Assembly (NCBI GenBank): GCA_021650915.1
Contig: CP091279.1
Coordinates: 2,880,001 to 2,912,000 of the forward strand
DNA from: Candidatus Brocadia sp.
GTDB lineage: Bacteria > Planctomycetota > Brocadiia > Brocadiales > Brocadiaceae
Length of the DNA: 32,000 bases
Reading direction: 5' to 3'
Of the stretch, positions 8,509-16,557 are shown in pieces. Within the stretch, counting starts at the first letter, position 1. Each line of letters starts with the position of its first letter. The notes under the pieces were generated by a model. The model was not told where the DNA came from, did no database searches, and saw only the letters and a list, made by a program, of their open reading frames with translations. Made by a program: the position numbers and the translations under genes.

Positions 8509-9078
8509 TCAGAATATTTTTTCAAACTTAACCTTCGTCTGATCTCCTTCTTTTTCTAATGATTCCAAAAATGATTCAACTTTAAGGGTAGGATACTTTT
8601 CCAGGAATAACCCTCTGGATGTTTTCAGGTCGGCGGTCAAGGTCTCGTATTCAGCTATCTCTGAACCGAATGCCACGGAACCTCCATATGCTCCGCAATC
8701 GCGGTGACTGACAATAACTACACGTTTTATGAGATGCATTCTGACAGAAAGGGCAAATTTGCTAAACAGCAGTGATCGGGTTTCCGGATTCACGAGATTA
8801 TAAATACTACCGGGTATCGAAATATGATCATAATTGTCTCTCAGCCCCAATGTATCGTTCGCAAAGTCCTGATTTGCAACGGCAAATCGATAGTCAATAC
8901 AGGTGATCAGAAGGGTATCGCAGTCAGATATTGCAGAAGCATCGTGACTTACGTTGAGAGATATCTGCTCATTTTCTAGCAATCGGTCGGGTAAAGGAGA
9001 TTGGTTGTACATACAACCAATCGGGAAAATGGAGAAAAGCACAACAACTGCGGAAACTACACTCCCAATTTTTTTCAT
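8509..9078 (-). CDS. Exported (possibly lipid-anchored) small protein with beta-carbonic-anhydrase-like CxDxR...HxxC signature, paralog 1
   Basis: N-terminal MKKIGSVVSAVVVLFSIFPIGC. LLITCIDYRF is followed 65 residues later by VVIVSHRDCG. It is a paralog of the adjacent upstream gene. The fold assignment rests on motifs only. Confidence 0.55.
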   Translation of the reverse strand: MKKIGSVVSAVVVLFSIFPIGCMYNQSPLPDRLLENEQISLNVSHDASAISDCDTLLITCIDYRFAVANQDFANDTLGLRDNYDHISIPGSIYNLVNPETRSLLFSKFALSVRMHLIKRVVIVSHRDCGAYGGSVAFGSEIAEYETLTADLKTSRGLFLEKYPTLKVESFLESLEKEGDQTKVKFEKIF

Positions 9079-9104
9079 AGATAAGCTTTCAAAAAATTAT
9101 CCTG

Positions 9105-9713
9105 TTACAATATTTGTTCGAAGTTATAAATACGCTGATGATCCTTTGACACTATCGTTGCATAATATAAATATACCTTTAGGTGGGGAAATCGTATCCC
9201 CATTCTCGTTCTCGCCTTCTTTAAATCCTTGCAAATAGCCTTATACTCATCATTTGGTTCTTGAAAGTTTTTCGATCCTCCATAACCAATACCACAATCC
9301 TGGTGTCCCAGGATAATCACACGTTTTACGTGATGAAGTCTGACTGAAACGCCAAAGTTATTTAAAACAAGGTCTCTTGTGTTGCGGTCAAGGAGGTTTC
9401 TGATAGAACCAGGTATAGATATGTAATCGTAATTACCTTTAAATCCTAAACGATTATTGATGAATTCTTGTGTTGCAGAAGCAAACCGGAAATCTGTGCA
9501 GGTGATTATTAATGAATCACACCATTTGGTTTTTTCATCAAAGAACTTTGAATACTTTGCTGGTCTTTCTGGTTGATTGTCATTTTGTGGTTCATCTGCT
9601 GCTAAGGCAGCGTGAATGCGTGATACGCTGACAAGAAGAAGTATTAACATTATTACGAAGGGTAGAATGCTTTCTCTTGGTAGATCTTTTGCATGCGGCA
9701 TAATTTTTTTCAC
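9105..9713 (-). CDS. Exported small protein with beta-carbonic-anhydrase-like CxDxR...HxxC signature, paralog 2
   Basis: Hydrophobic signal ILPFVIMLILLLVSVSRIHAALAADEP. LIITCTDFRF is followed 65 residues later by VIILGHQDCG. A 26-bp gap separates it from paralog 1. GTG start at 9713, or ATG at 9701. Confidence 0.55.
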   Translation of the reverse strand: MKKIMPHAKDLPRESILPFVIMLILLLVSVSRIHAALAADEPQNDNQPERPAKYSKFFDEKTKWCDSLIITCTDFRFASATQEFINNRLGFKGNYDYISIPGSIRNLLDRNTRDLVLNNFGVSVRLHHVKRVIILGHQDCGIGYGGSKNFQEPNDEYKAICKDLKKARTRMGIRFPHLKVYLYYATIVSKDHQRIYNFEQIL

Positions 9714-9847
9714 TATAAAAAATTAATAAAATTAAAAAGTTTAAATAAACGAAAAAAATATGAGCAAATAGTATTCCCTCATTACTATTTTTACCTAAGT
9801 GCTTGTTTTGCAATGAAATGATTTGTTGTGTAAGATTATGAGAGGTG

Positions 9848-9897
9848 CGTCCTAAGCAGACAAATGGTTCAAACGAGCCATTCGTCTGCTTAGGACG
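9848..9897 (-). terminator. Long hairpin 10 bp after the SPFH gene stop (terminator-like, no U-tract)
   Basis: cgtcctaagcagac (9848-9861) pairs perfectly with gtctgcttaggacg (9884-9897). The stem extends inward (gacaaatgg with ccattcgtc, one mismatch). No T-run follows on either strand. Confidence 0.45.
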
Positions 9898-9906
9898 TGT
9901 ATATGA

Positions 9907-11076
9907 CTACTTTGGTTTTGCCGCGTCCGTACTTTTCGGTTGATTGAGCATTTCCTGGATTTGTGTAAAAGTCTTGGTGTCAACCCGAAGTTTACCCTTG
10001 ATATCTGATACACCAAAACGTGTTGCCATCTCATCAACATCAAGGAGGTTGATGTCCAAACTGGAAACATTTAAATCAGCAAGGTTCATATTGCGTGCGG
10101 CCTCCATGGCAACAATGATATCTCCGCCCATACCTGAAATTGCCTCTCTTCGCAGTCTTTCTCCCTCTGCCTGTGCCTGCTTGATTAAGAGATTTCCTTC
10201 GGCCACGCGTTGCTCCTTGTAAAGGTCTCCTTCTGCTTTCTTTTGGATCAGGTATTTATCAGCCTCAGCAAGAATTTCGATTGTCTGCTTTGTCGTTTCC
10301 GCATCAAGTACCGTAATTGATCGCTCCTTGTCTCCGATGATTTTCTGTGCAATAGCCTCCGTGTCGGCATCAATCGTTTGCGTAATACCTCTTTCTTCTG
10401 CAGCGAGCGCTTTTGATATATTTAAAACGTTATCGAGCTCTGCTAATTTAATATTCTTAATCTTTCTTTCCAGCTGTGGGTCAAATCTCATCTCCAGGAT
10501 AAGAACATCGATGATATCGACATTCCTGTCGGAAAGCCTCGTGATAAGCTGCACCTTAAATGCATCCGCTCTTTTCCGCTTTTCTTCGGGATTATACAAA
10601 TCGCGTTCCGTCATTTTTCCCAGCACACTCCTTGCGATGTCCCGTATCTCGTTTTCAACGATAATCTTATACCGTTCTCCAACACCGAGATCCTCACGGA
10701 GTTTCCACGCATGCCCCTTTTTTATCTGATATTTAACGATAAGATCAGCAGACACATCGTAATCATCCGCCGTTCTTATCGCTGCCTCCTGCCTTTCGTC
10801 ATGTCCCTGATGGGAAGGATGCTTGGCAAGCTCAAGTGTTTGAACCGTGCTATCGTACAGATCCCATTGATCAATGCCACTAATTGCCCTATGCCATCCG
10901 GGACCATAATCTTTTTGCACCAAACCCCTCTTCACACCCCAGATTATGGTTCTTACTCCAACCTGATCAACCCCCACCTTGATGACAAAGAATTTTATAC
11001 CTATTACAAATAAAACAAGAAAAACGACAATGCCGATAGGAATAAGATATTTTGCCGTGAACTTGCCTAAGTGCAT
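9907..11076 (-). CDS. SPFH/band-7 (prohibitin/flotillin-like) membrane protein with C-terminal coiled coil
   Basis: N-terminal TM helix (YLIPIGIVVFLVLFVIGIKFFVI), an SPFH-like core (VGVRTIIWGVKRGLVQKDYGPGWH...DLIVKYQI...), and an Ala/Glu-rich coiled coil (KKAEGDLYKEQRVAEGNLLIKQAQAEGERLRREA). AGAGGGA lies upstream of the ATG. Confidence 0.8.
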   Translation of the reverse strand: MHLGKFTAKYLIPIGIVVFLVLFVIGIKFFVIKVGVDQVGVRTIIWGVKRGLVQKDYGPGWHRAISGIDQWDLYDSTVQTLELAKHPSHQGHDERQEAAIRTADDYDVSADLIVKYQIKKGHAWKLREDLGVGERYKIIVENEIRDIARSVLGKMTERDLYNPEEKRKRADAFKVQLITRLSDRNVDIIDVLILEMRFDPQLERKIKNIKLAELDNVLNISKALAAEERGITQTIDADTEAIAQKIIGDKERSITVLDAETTKQTIEILAEADKYLIQKKAEGDLYKEQRVAEGNLLIKQAQAEGERLRREAISGMGGDIIVAMEAARNMNLADLNVSSLDINLLDVDEMATRFGVSDIKGKLRVDTKTFTQIQEMLNQPKSTDAAKPK

Positions 11077-11122
11077 TTTTCCCTCTTTATAAAATAATGT
11101 CGAATATAACGGTGAATTTCAC

Positions 11123-12307
11123 TTATGGGGACTTATCTGGCCCCGGCTTTAAAGGACTAACCAACGCTGCATCAGGAGGTTCTGGAAACATGTAATCAAT
11201 CTTGGGTGCATCTTCAATGTATTTAAACCTTTGTATGCTTTGCGGCGTTTCTATCCCCTGACGGACAATAGGCGTACTTCGGACAATCGCCTGTTTTAAA
11301 CGCTTAGCATATTCAAGTCTGACAAGATTACGCCCACCGTCCCCTTCCAGGGCATTCCGCAATAACCTGACTCCTTCGGCTTCGGTCTTGAGCGTGGCAA
11401 GAATTGCCTCCGCGTCTCTTGCCAGTCGTTCATACTCGGCATCTGCTTCAAACCTTGCCCGAATAAGATAGGCATCAGCATCCTGCTTTTTTGCCTCACC
11501 GCTGCCTCGCGCATCCATAATGCGTTTATCGCATTCACCGCGAAATCTTGCCACTTCAACTTCCAGTTTTTTCGTTTCTTCCACAACAACCCTGCGTTGG
11601 TTTTCCTTAGCAGCCGTAGCCCTGGTTTTTTGCTCTTCAACCTCTTTGTCAGCCAACCTTCGTTCCTGGATCTTTTCTGCATACTCCCTGTAATAACGAT
11701 AGTCAGATAAGTCTATGGAGGTCACGGTAAAACCATGGGATTCCAGCAATGCATTAATCTCCTTTAGCGCCTTTTGTGCCTTAATATCACGCTTCGAGGC
11801 CATCGGAAACTCGCCCAATGTCAATTCGCCGTAGCAATAATAGCAGATCGTGCGCGAATAATCATACAGCCATTTTTGTTTAAAAATATCTCCGACCCCG
11901 GTGTTTTGAACAACGTGTACGGCATAGTCAGGCAGGAGCATATAATGTATCAGCAAATCCAGTACGACATCGCCACCATCGATCGATTTTACCATCAGGG
12001 GGTTTCCCTGTGGATGTTTTTCGTCTATTTCCGCCGCTGTCATCTTTAAAATCTGCACCCTCTTGTCCAGCACATAAATATCCTGAATGAAAGGATAATA
12101 AAGAACGGCGCCAGCCCTATTTATCAGTTTTATCCCGCCAGTGAGGTTATTTACAATGACCGCTACCTCATCTGCGGCTATTTCTTTCCAGCTGAGTTCT
12201 TTACCCCCATAAATACCACCAATGATTACCCCAATGATAATCAACGCCGTAATGATCTTGCGGTAAAAATAATAATACTTAACCTTTGATTTGAAGTTCT
12301 TATCCAT
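11123..12307 (-). CDS. SPFH/band-7 (flotillin-like) membrane protein, second member of a tandem pair
   Basis: N-terminal TM helix (IITALIIIGVIIGGIYGG), an SPFH-like core (VAVIVNNLTGGIKLINRAGAVLYYPFIQDIYVLDKRVQ), and a long charged coiled coil (EEQKTRATAAKENQRRVVVEETKKLEVEVARFRGE...). A 46-bp gap separates it from the downstream SPFH gene. Confidence 0.8.
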   Translation of the reverse strand: MDKNFKSKVKYYYFYRKIITALIIIGVIIGGIYGGKELSWKEIAADEVAVIVNNLTGGIKLINRAGAVLYYPFIQDIYVLDKRVQILKMTAAEIDEKHPQGNPLMVKSIDGGDVVLDLLIHYMLLPDYAVHVVQNTGVGDIFKQKWLYDYSRTICYYCYGELTLGEFPMASKRDIKAQKALKEINALLESHGFTVTSIDLSDYRYYREYAEKIQERRLADKEVEEQKTRATAAKENQRRVVVEETKKLEVEVARFRGECDKRIMDARGSGEAKKQDADAYLIRARFEADAEYERLARDAEAILATLKTEAEGVRLLRNALEGDGGRNLVRLEYAKRLKQAIVRSTPIVRQGIETPQSIQRFKYIEDAPKIDYMFPEPPDAALVSPLKPGPDKSP

Positions 12308-12790
12308 AATCTGCCTTTTTTCTTAAGGTGATTACTAATGAAGGATTATAATCATTTCTTTTTTACAAAATTTGGTTCGTAATTATAAGAGCATCTCTTT
12401 AGAACGTCAACAAAAAATTAAAAAATTTGTCTATTCAACCTGTTTTTTGATCGTAATCCTTTCCATCTGATACAGCGAGGTATTGCTAAAGGGCACACAT
12501 AGGTAAAATGTCTGCCTGCGATCGGAAAAAATTCAAATTGCAAGACAAATTTCATAGTTGAAATATTGCCCTACCCAATTTTCGTGCAGAAACCCCACGA
12601 GTCATACCATATACTTTTGTATAACTCTTTAACACTACGTTGGTAATGTCTTGTTTAATCACACACAAGTTTTTGGAATTTTATTTGCTACATATCCCTA
12701 ATATATCATATTCTTTTATCGCGTGTTGCAATATTCACCAATGGTATTTCGTTCGTTGTTTATAAAAAATACTCGGATTGAAAATATTCG

Positions 12791-12819
12791 TTGACATTGT
12801 TCTGTTTTTTTGCTAAGCT
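12791..12819 (+). promoter_or_regulatory. Candidate sigma70-type promoter for the porin gene
   Basis: TTGACA (12791-12796), a 17-nt spacer, then TAAGCT (12814-12819). This implies a leader of about 180 nt before the ATG at 13005. Confidence 0.35.
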
Positions 12820-13004
12820 GACGCGTCTAATTGTTTTTGAAAATTGTGTATGTTGTGTCTTGAATTTTAGTATTTAAGAATGACAGGAGGAGGAGAAAGG
12901 AGGCTATTTGCTTTATATTTTTTAGCCAGTAGTGCTTGTCAGACGTTAAATTGATTGGTCTTGAATTGTGGTTAAATTGTCCTTTGTTAAGGGAGGTGTA
13001 TGTG

Positions 13005-14675
13005 ATGAAAAACAAATTGTGGAAGACCTGTATTGGTGGTTTTGTTGCTGCCGTCTTCTGCGCAACGGCTGGCAGCCAGTCCTATGGGGCAAGCGCCAAG
13101 TCGCTGGAAGAAATGGAGAAAGAATTGAATGCCTTACGGTCGTCTGTTTCGGCTTTGACAGAGCAGATTGAGACGGTAAAGCAGGAAAAGACGGTGGCTG
13201 CATCATCTTCTTCTAATACGAACGAGGAAGTTGAGGCACTAAGAAATGAAGTTAGCTCTTTAAAAGAAGAGATGAAAACCGCTGCCAATGCCGAGCCGAT
13301 TAAGGCAGAAGACATTGCTGGCAATGTGTATTCTGAATTCGCCAAGAAGGTAAAATTGGGCGGTCAGATCAGAACCCGCGCTGAGTATGCAAATGGATTC
13401 TATCAAGTGCCAACCAGCAATGCTACTTTACCCGGCGGAGCTGGGGGTGCAACAGCTGGAGTTGCGGGGCGTGGTAAATCGAGTGATGATGATTATGTAT
13501 TGAACCAGACAAGGCTCTGGGCTGATGCAGACGTTAATGAGCATTTGAGGATGTTTATCCAGATCCAGGATGCCAGGACGTTTGGCGCTGAAGGTACGAC
13601 GGTTGGATTTGCCAATGGCTATGATGAAAACAGCATAACCGATCTCCATCAGGGCTATTTTGACTTACGGAAACTGTTTGATCTACCATTGACTGTGAGG
13701 GTAGGCCGCCAGGAAATTATCTGGGGTGACCACCGGGTACTTGGTAACTTTGTTTGGTCAAACGTAGGCCGTACCTTTGACGCCGGTCGGTTTATGTGGG
13801 ACACAGATGCCATACACATAGAGGCCATCGCTGCAAGAGTCGATGAGGATGGCTTTACTACAGCCGATGGAAGTGATAACAGCGATGAGAATATGTATGC
13901 AGCTCAGTTGGCATTTAAAAAGCTGATTCCTAGCGCATTATTGGAACTCATGTATATCTCAAGGAACGACGAAGATAACGTTGGAAACCTTTCCGTGCTC
14001 CAGGGATTTGATACAGCAGCCGATAGTGAGTCCCTCGAGGTGCATGATTTTGGTTTCAGGTTAGATGGAAAGGTACCAAACCTTGATGCCATCGATTATA
14101 CCTTAGAGGCTCATGGCCAGTTTGGTGACTATGGTGATCAGACGCATAAGGCTTATGCAGTTGCCGCAAGGGGTGGATATACGTTTAAGGATATGGCATG
14201 GAAGCCGCGTTTTGGTTTTGAATATGATCATGCTTCTGGTGATGACGATCCAACAGACAACGACCATGACACCTTTGATAACCTGTACCCGACAAACCAC
14301 AATCAGGGAAATTATGGGTTTGTCGATCTCCTGTCATGGCAGAATATGCATGATTTTAGAGCCAATATCAAGGTTGTGCCAACAAGCAAGCTAACGGTAC
14401 AGGTTGACTACCATTATTTTTTGCTAGCTGAGGAAGAAGATGGATGGTACCTGGCAAATGGTTTCCTGGCCTCAGGCACTCGTCCTGTGGGTGGATATGA
14501 CGACGATTCTAATGAATTGGGACAGGAAGTCGACTTGACGGTAAGTTACCAGTTGTATAAGAATGTTGGTATTCTCGGCGGTTATTCCTGGTTTGGAGCC
14601 GGAAACTGGATGGATGATAACATAGGTGATACTGATACCAACTGGGTCTATTTGCAAACTACGGTCACATTCTAA
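13005..14675 (+). CDS. Outer-membrane beta-barrel porin (alginate-export/AlgE-like family) with N-terminal periplasmic coiled-coil extension
   Basis: The ATG at 13005 is preceded by GGGAGG at 8-nt spacing and gives signal peptide MKNKLWKTCIGGFVAAVFCATAGSQSYGASA; the listed TTG at 12936 is unlikely. Heptad region LEEMEKELNALRSSVSALTEQIETVKQEK...EALRNEVSSLKEEMK. Amphipathic strands follow (VKLGGQIRTRAEY, LRMFIQIQDARTFG) with an aromatic C-terminus ...WVYLQTTVTF. Confidence 0.8.
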   Translation: MKNKLWKTCIGGFVAAVFCATAGSQSYGASAKSLEEMEKELNALRSSVSALTEQIETVKQEKTVAASSSSNTNEEVEALRNEVSSLKEEMKTAANAEPIKAEDIAGNVYSEFAKKVKLGGQIRTRAEYANGFYQVPTSNATLPGGAGGATAGVAGRGKSSDDDYVLNQTRLWADADVNEHLRMFIQIQDARTFGAEGTTVGFANGYDENSITDLHQGYFDLRKLFDLPLTVRVGRQEIIWGDHRVLGNFVWSNVGRTFDAGRFMWDTDAIHIEAIAARVDEDGFTTADGSDNSDENMYAAQLAFKKLIPSALLELMYISRNDEDNVGNLSVLQGFDTAADSESLEVHDFGFRLDGKVPNLDAIDYTLEAHGQFGDYGDQTHKAYAVAARGGYTFKDMAWKPRFGFEYDHASGDDDPTDNDHDTFDNLYPTNHNQGNYGFVDLLSWQNMHDFRANIKVVPTSKLTVQVDYHYFLLAEEEDGWYLANGFLASGTRPVGGYDDDSNELGQEVDLTVSYQLYKNVGILGGYSWFGAGNWMDDNIGDTDTNWVYLQTTVTF

Positions 14676-14738
14676 ACGACGGATGGCCGCACGCCTTTTT
14701 TTGAGGTCGTGTGATCAAGAAAATATGGTAAGTTTTAC

Positions 14739-14775
14739 AAAATGGGTGTTGCCAGCGCAACACCCATTTTTTTTG
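14739..14775 (+). terminator. Rho-independent terminator after the porin gene
   Basis: The stem aaaatgggtgttgc (14739-14752) pairs with gcaacacccatttt (14757-14770) around a 4-nt loop. It runs into a run of 8 T (14767-14774). Confidence 0.85.
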
Positions 14776-14862
14776 ATTAGTTGTTAAACGGGGAGTGTTT
14801 TTAAGGGGGTTTTTCGCCTCCTCAATTGCTTTTCTCACGTCAAATGGTGCGTTTTTAGGAAC

Positions 14863-16395
14863 ATGCCGAAGCGATATTATCCTGATTATGAAGAATTCAA
14901 GCAGTTAGCTGTACGCGGGAATCTAGTGCCTGTTTACCGCCAGCTTTTTGCCGATGCCCTTACCCCCGTATCGGCATTTCAAAAGATCTCTGATACCGGA
15001 AAGGCCTTTTTACTTGAAAGTGCGGCTGGCGGTGAAAAGATTTCCCGATATTCTCTTCTCAGCGCGGATCCATTTCTTGAATTTACTGCATCCGGCAATC
15101 GCATAGAAATCAAGCGCAGAGGAAGAGAAATGGAACTCGTATATACACACGACCCTCTATGTATATTGCGTGATGAAGTAAAATCCTTTACTCCTGTGCA
15201 GGTGGATGGCTTGCCTCAGTTTTTTTGCTGTGGAGTAGGGTATATTGGATATGACGCCATTCGCTATTATGAGTCACTGCCCAATACACCGAAAGACGAT
15301 TTATTGCTGCCGGACATTCAGGTAATGTTTTGTGACACGATGATCATATTTGATCATGTAACGAAGACCATGAAGGTCGTTTGTACGGCAAAGATTGATG
15401 GAGATCGTTTGGAAAATGTTTACGATGCGGCTGTTGCTAAAATTGACCGGATCATTGAAAAATTACGCACGCCCGTTATGCCGTTAAGCGATGATATTAC
15501 AACAGAGAAGGAAACGAATATCGCGTTCTCTTCGAACTTTGAAAGGGCAGATTTTCTTAAGGCGGTGGACCGATGCAAGGAATACATCCGTGCGGGCGAT
15601 ATCTTTCAGGTGGTAATTTCTCAGCGATTTAAGACACAGACCCATGCCGACCCCTTCAGCATTTATCGCGTCTTGCGTGTCATTAATCCGTCTCCCTATA
15701 TGTTCTATATGAAAATGGACGATTTAAAACTCATTGGATCCTCTCCTGAAGTTATGGTGAAGGTTGAGGGAAAGAAGATTACTGTGCGGCCCATTGCCGG
15801 TACGCGGAAAAGGGGTAAAGATGATGCGGAGGACACGCATTTTGCTCAGGATCTGATTGCCGACCCGAAAGAGCGCGCCGAGCACATCATGCTGTTGGAC
15901 CTGGGAAGGAATGATGTGGGAAGAGTGTCGCGGTATGGCAGTGTGCATATTGATGAAAAGATGGTGATTGAGAAATATTCCCATGTCATGCATATAACCT
16001 CCAGCGTATGCGGTGAACTGGAAGAAGGGAAAAATGCGTTTGATTCCCTGAAGGCATGCCTGCCAGCGGGTACGTTGTCCGGCGCACCCAAAATCAGGGC
16101 GATGCAGATTATCGATGAAATCGAGCCTGCGAAACGGGGTCCTTATGGTGGGGCTGTTGGCTATTTTGATTTTTTTGGCAATATGAACACCTGTATCACC
16201 ATACGAACCATTTTGCTTAAGGGCAACGATGCGTATATTCAGGCTGGCGCCGGAATCGTGGCGGATTCAGTGCCAGAACGGGAATATGAAGAAACGGTGA
16301 ATAAGGCAAAAGGGTTGTTAAGGGCAATAGAAATTGCTGAAAAAATAACGCAAGAGCGGGATGAAGTCCTGGCGGGAAGTATAAAGGAATCGTGA
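14863..16395 (+). CDS. trpE: Anthranilate synthase component I
   Basis: LLESAAGGEKISRYSLL, GDIFQVVISQRF, NPSPYMFYM, IAGTRKRG, KERAEHIMLLDLGRNDVGRV, HVMHITSSVCGEL and LSGAPKIRAMQIIDEIEPAKRGPYGGAVGYF are all present. No trpG gene is adjacent. Confidence 0.95.
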   Translation: MPKRYYPDYEEFKQLAVRGNLVPVYRQLFADALTPVSAFQKISDTGKAFLLESAAGGEKISRYSLLSADPFLEFTASGNRIEIKRRGREMELVYTHDPLCILRDEVKSFTPVQVDGLPQFFCCGVGYIGYDAIRYYESLPNTPKDDLLLPDIQVMFCDTMIIFDHVTKTMKVVCTAKIDGDRLENVYDAAVAKIDRIIEKLRTPVMPLSDDITTEKETNIAFSSNFERADFLKAVDRCKEYIRAGDIFQVVISQRFKTQTHADPFSIYRVLRVINPSPYMFYMKMDDLKLIGSSPEVMVKVEGKKITVRPIAGTRKRGKDDAEDTHFAQDLIADPKERAEHIMLLDLGRNDVGRVSRYGSVHIDEKMVIEKYSHVMHITSSVCGELEEGKNAFDSLKACLPAGTLSGAPKIRAMQIIDEIEPAKRGPYGGAVGYFDFFGNMNTCITIRTILLKGNDAYIQAGAGIVADSVPEREYEETVNKAKGLLRAIEIAEKITQERDEVLAGSIKES

Positions 16396-16396
16396 A

Positions 16397-16555
16397 ATGA
16401 GTTTTGCAAAGATATTACAGCTTATTGGGATTATTTTGGCATTGAATGCCCTCTATTTTGGCATTGCACAGGACTCCATGAAGACAGAAGTCCTTCTGCT
16501 ATTTCTGGGTGGTATGATTTTTTATGTAGGACGGATGTTCGAAAAAAGAAGATAG
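16397..16555 (+). CDS. Unlisted 52-codon ORF encoding a predicted two-TM small membrane protein, translationally coupled to trpE
   Basis: The ATG at 16397 lies 1 nt after the trpE TGA, with AAGGA 8 nt upstream. Translation: MSFAKILQLIGIILALNALYFGIAQDSMKTEVLLLFLGGMIFYVGRMFEKRR, i.e. two hydrophobic helices and a basic tail. It is below the 60-aa cutoff of the ORF track. Confidence 0.4.
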   Translation: MSFAKILQLIGIILALNALYFGIAQDSMKTEVLLLFLGGMIFYVGRMFEKRR

Positions 16556-16557
16556 AT

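Noticed and set aside
12838-12858. gtttttgaaaattg resembling the MITE terminus (gttttttgaaaaatt)
   Set aside because: Similarity is confined to a low-complexity T/A run. No matching AACACTTTAG part and no partner inverted repeat are present nearby.
12884-12925. Purine-rich SD-like tract followed by a 5-codon TTG mini-ORF (ttg ctt tat att ttt tag) in the porin leader
   Set aside because: The mini-ORF is too short and has a weak start codon, so a leader peptide cannot be claimed. The tract is reported only as part of the leader observation.
12936-13004. Listed upstream TTG start of the porin ORF (MSDVKLIGLELW...)
   Set aside because: The in-frame ATG at 13005 has GGGAGG at ideal spacing and yields a canonical signal peptide. 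The upstream extension would bury the signal peptide behind 23 extra residues.
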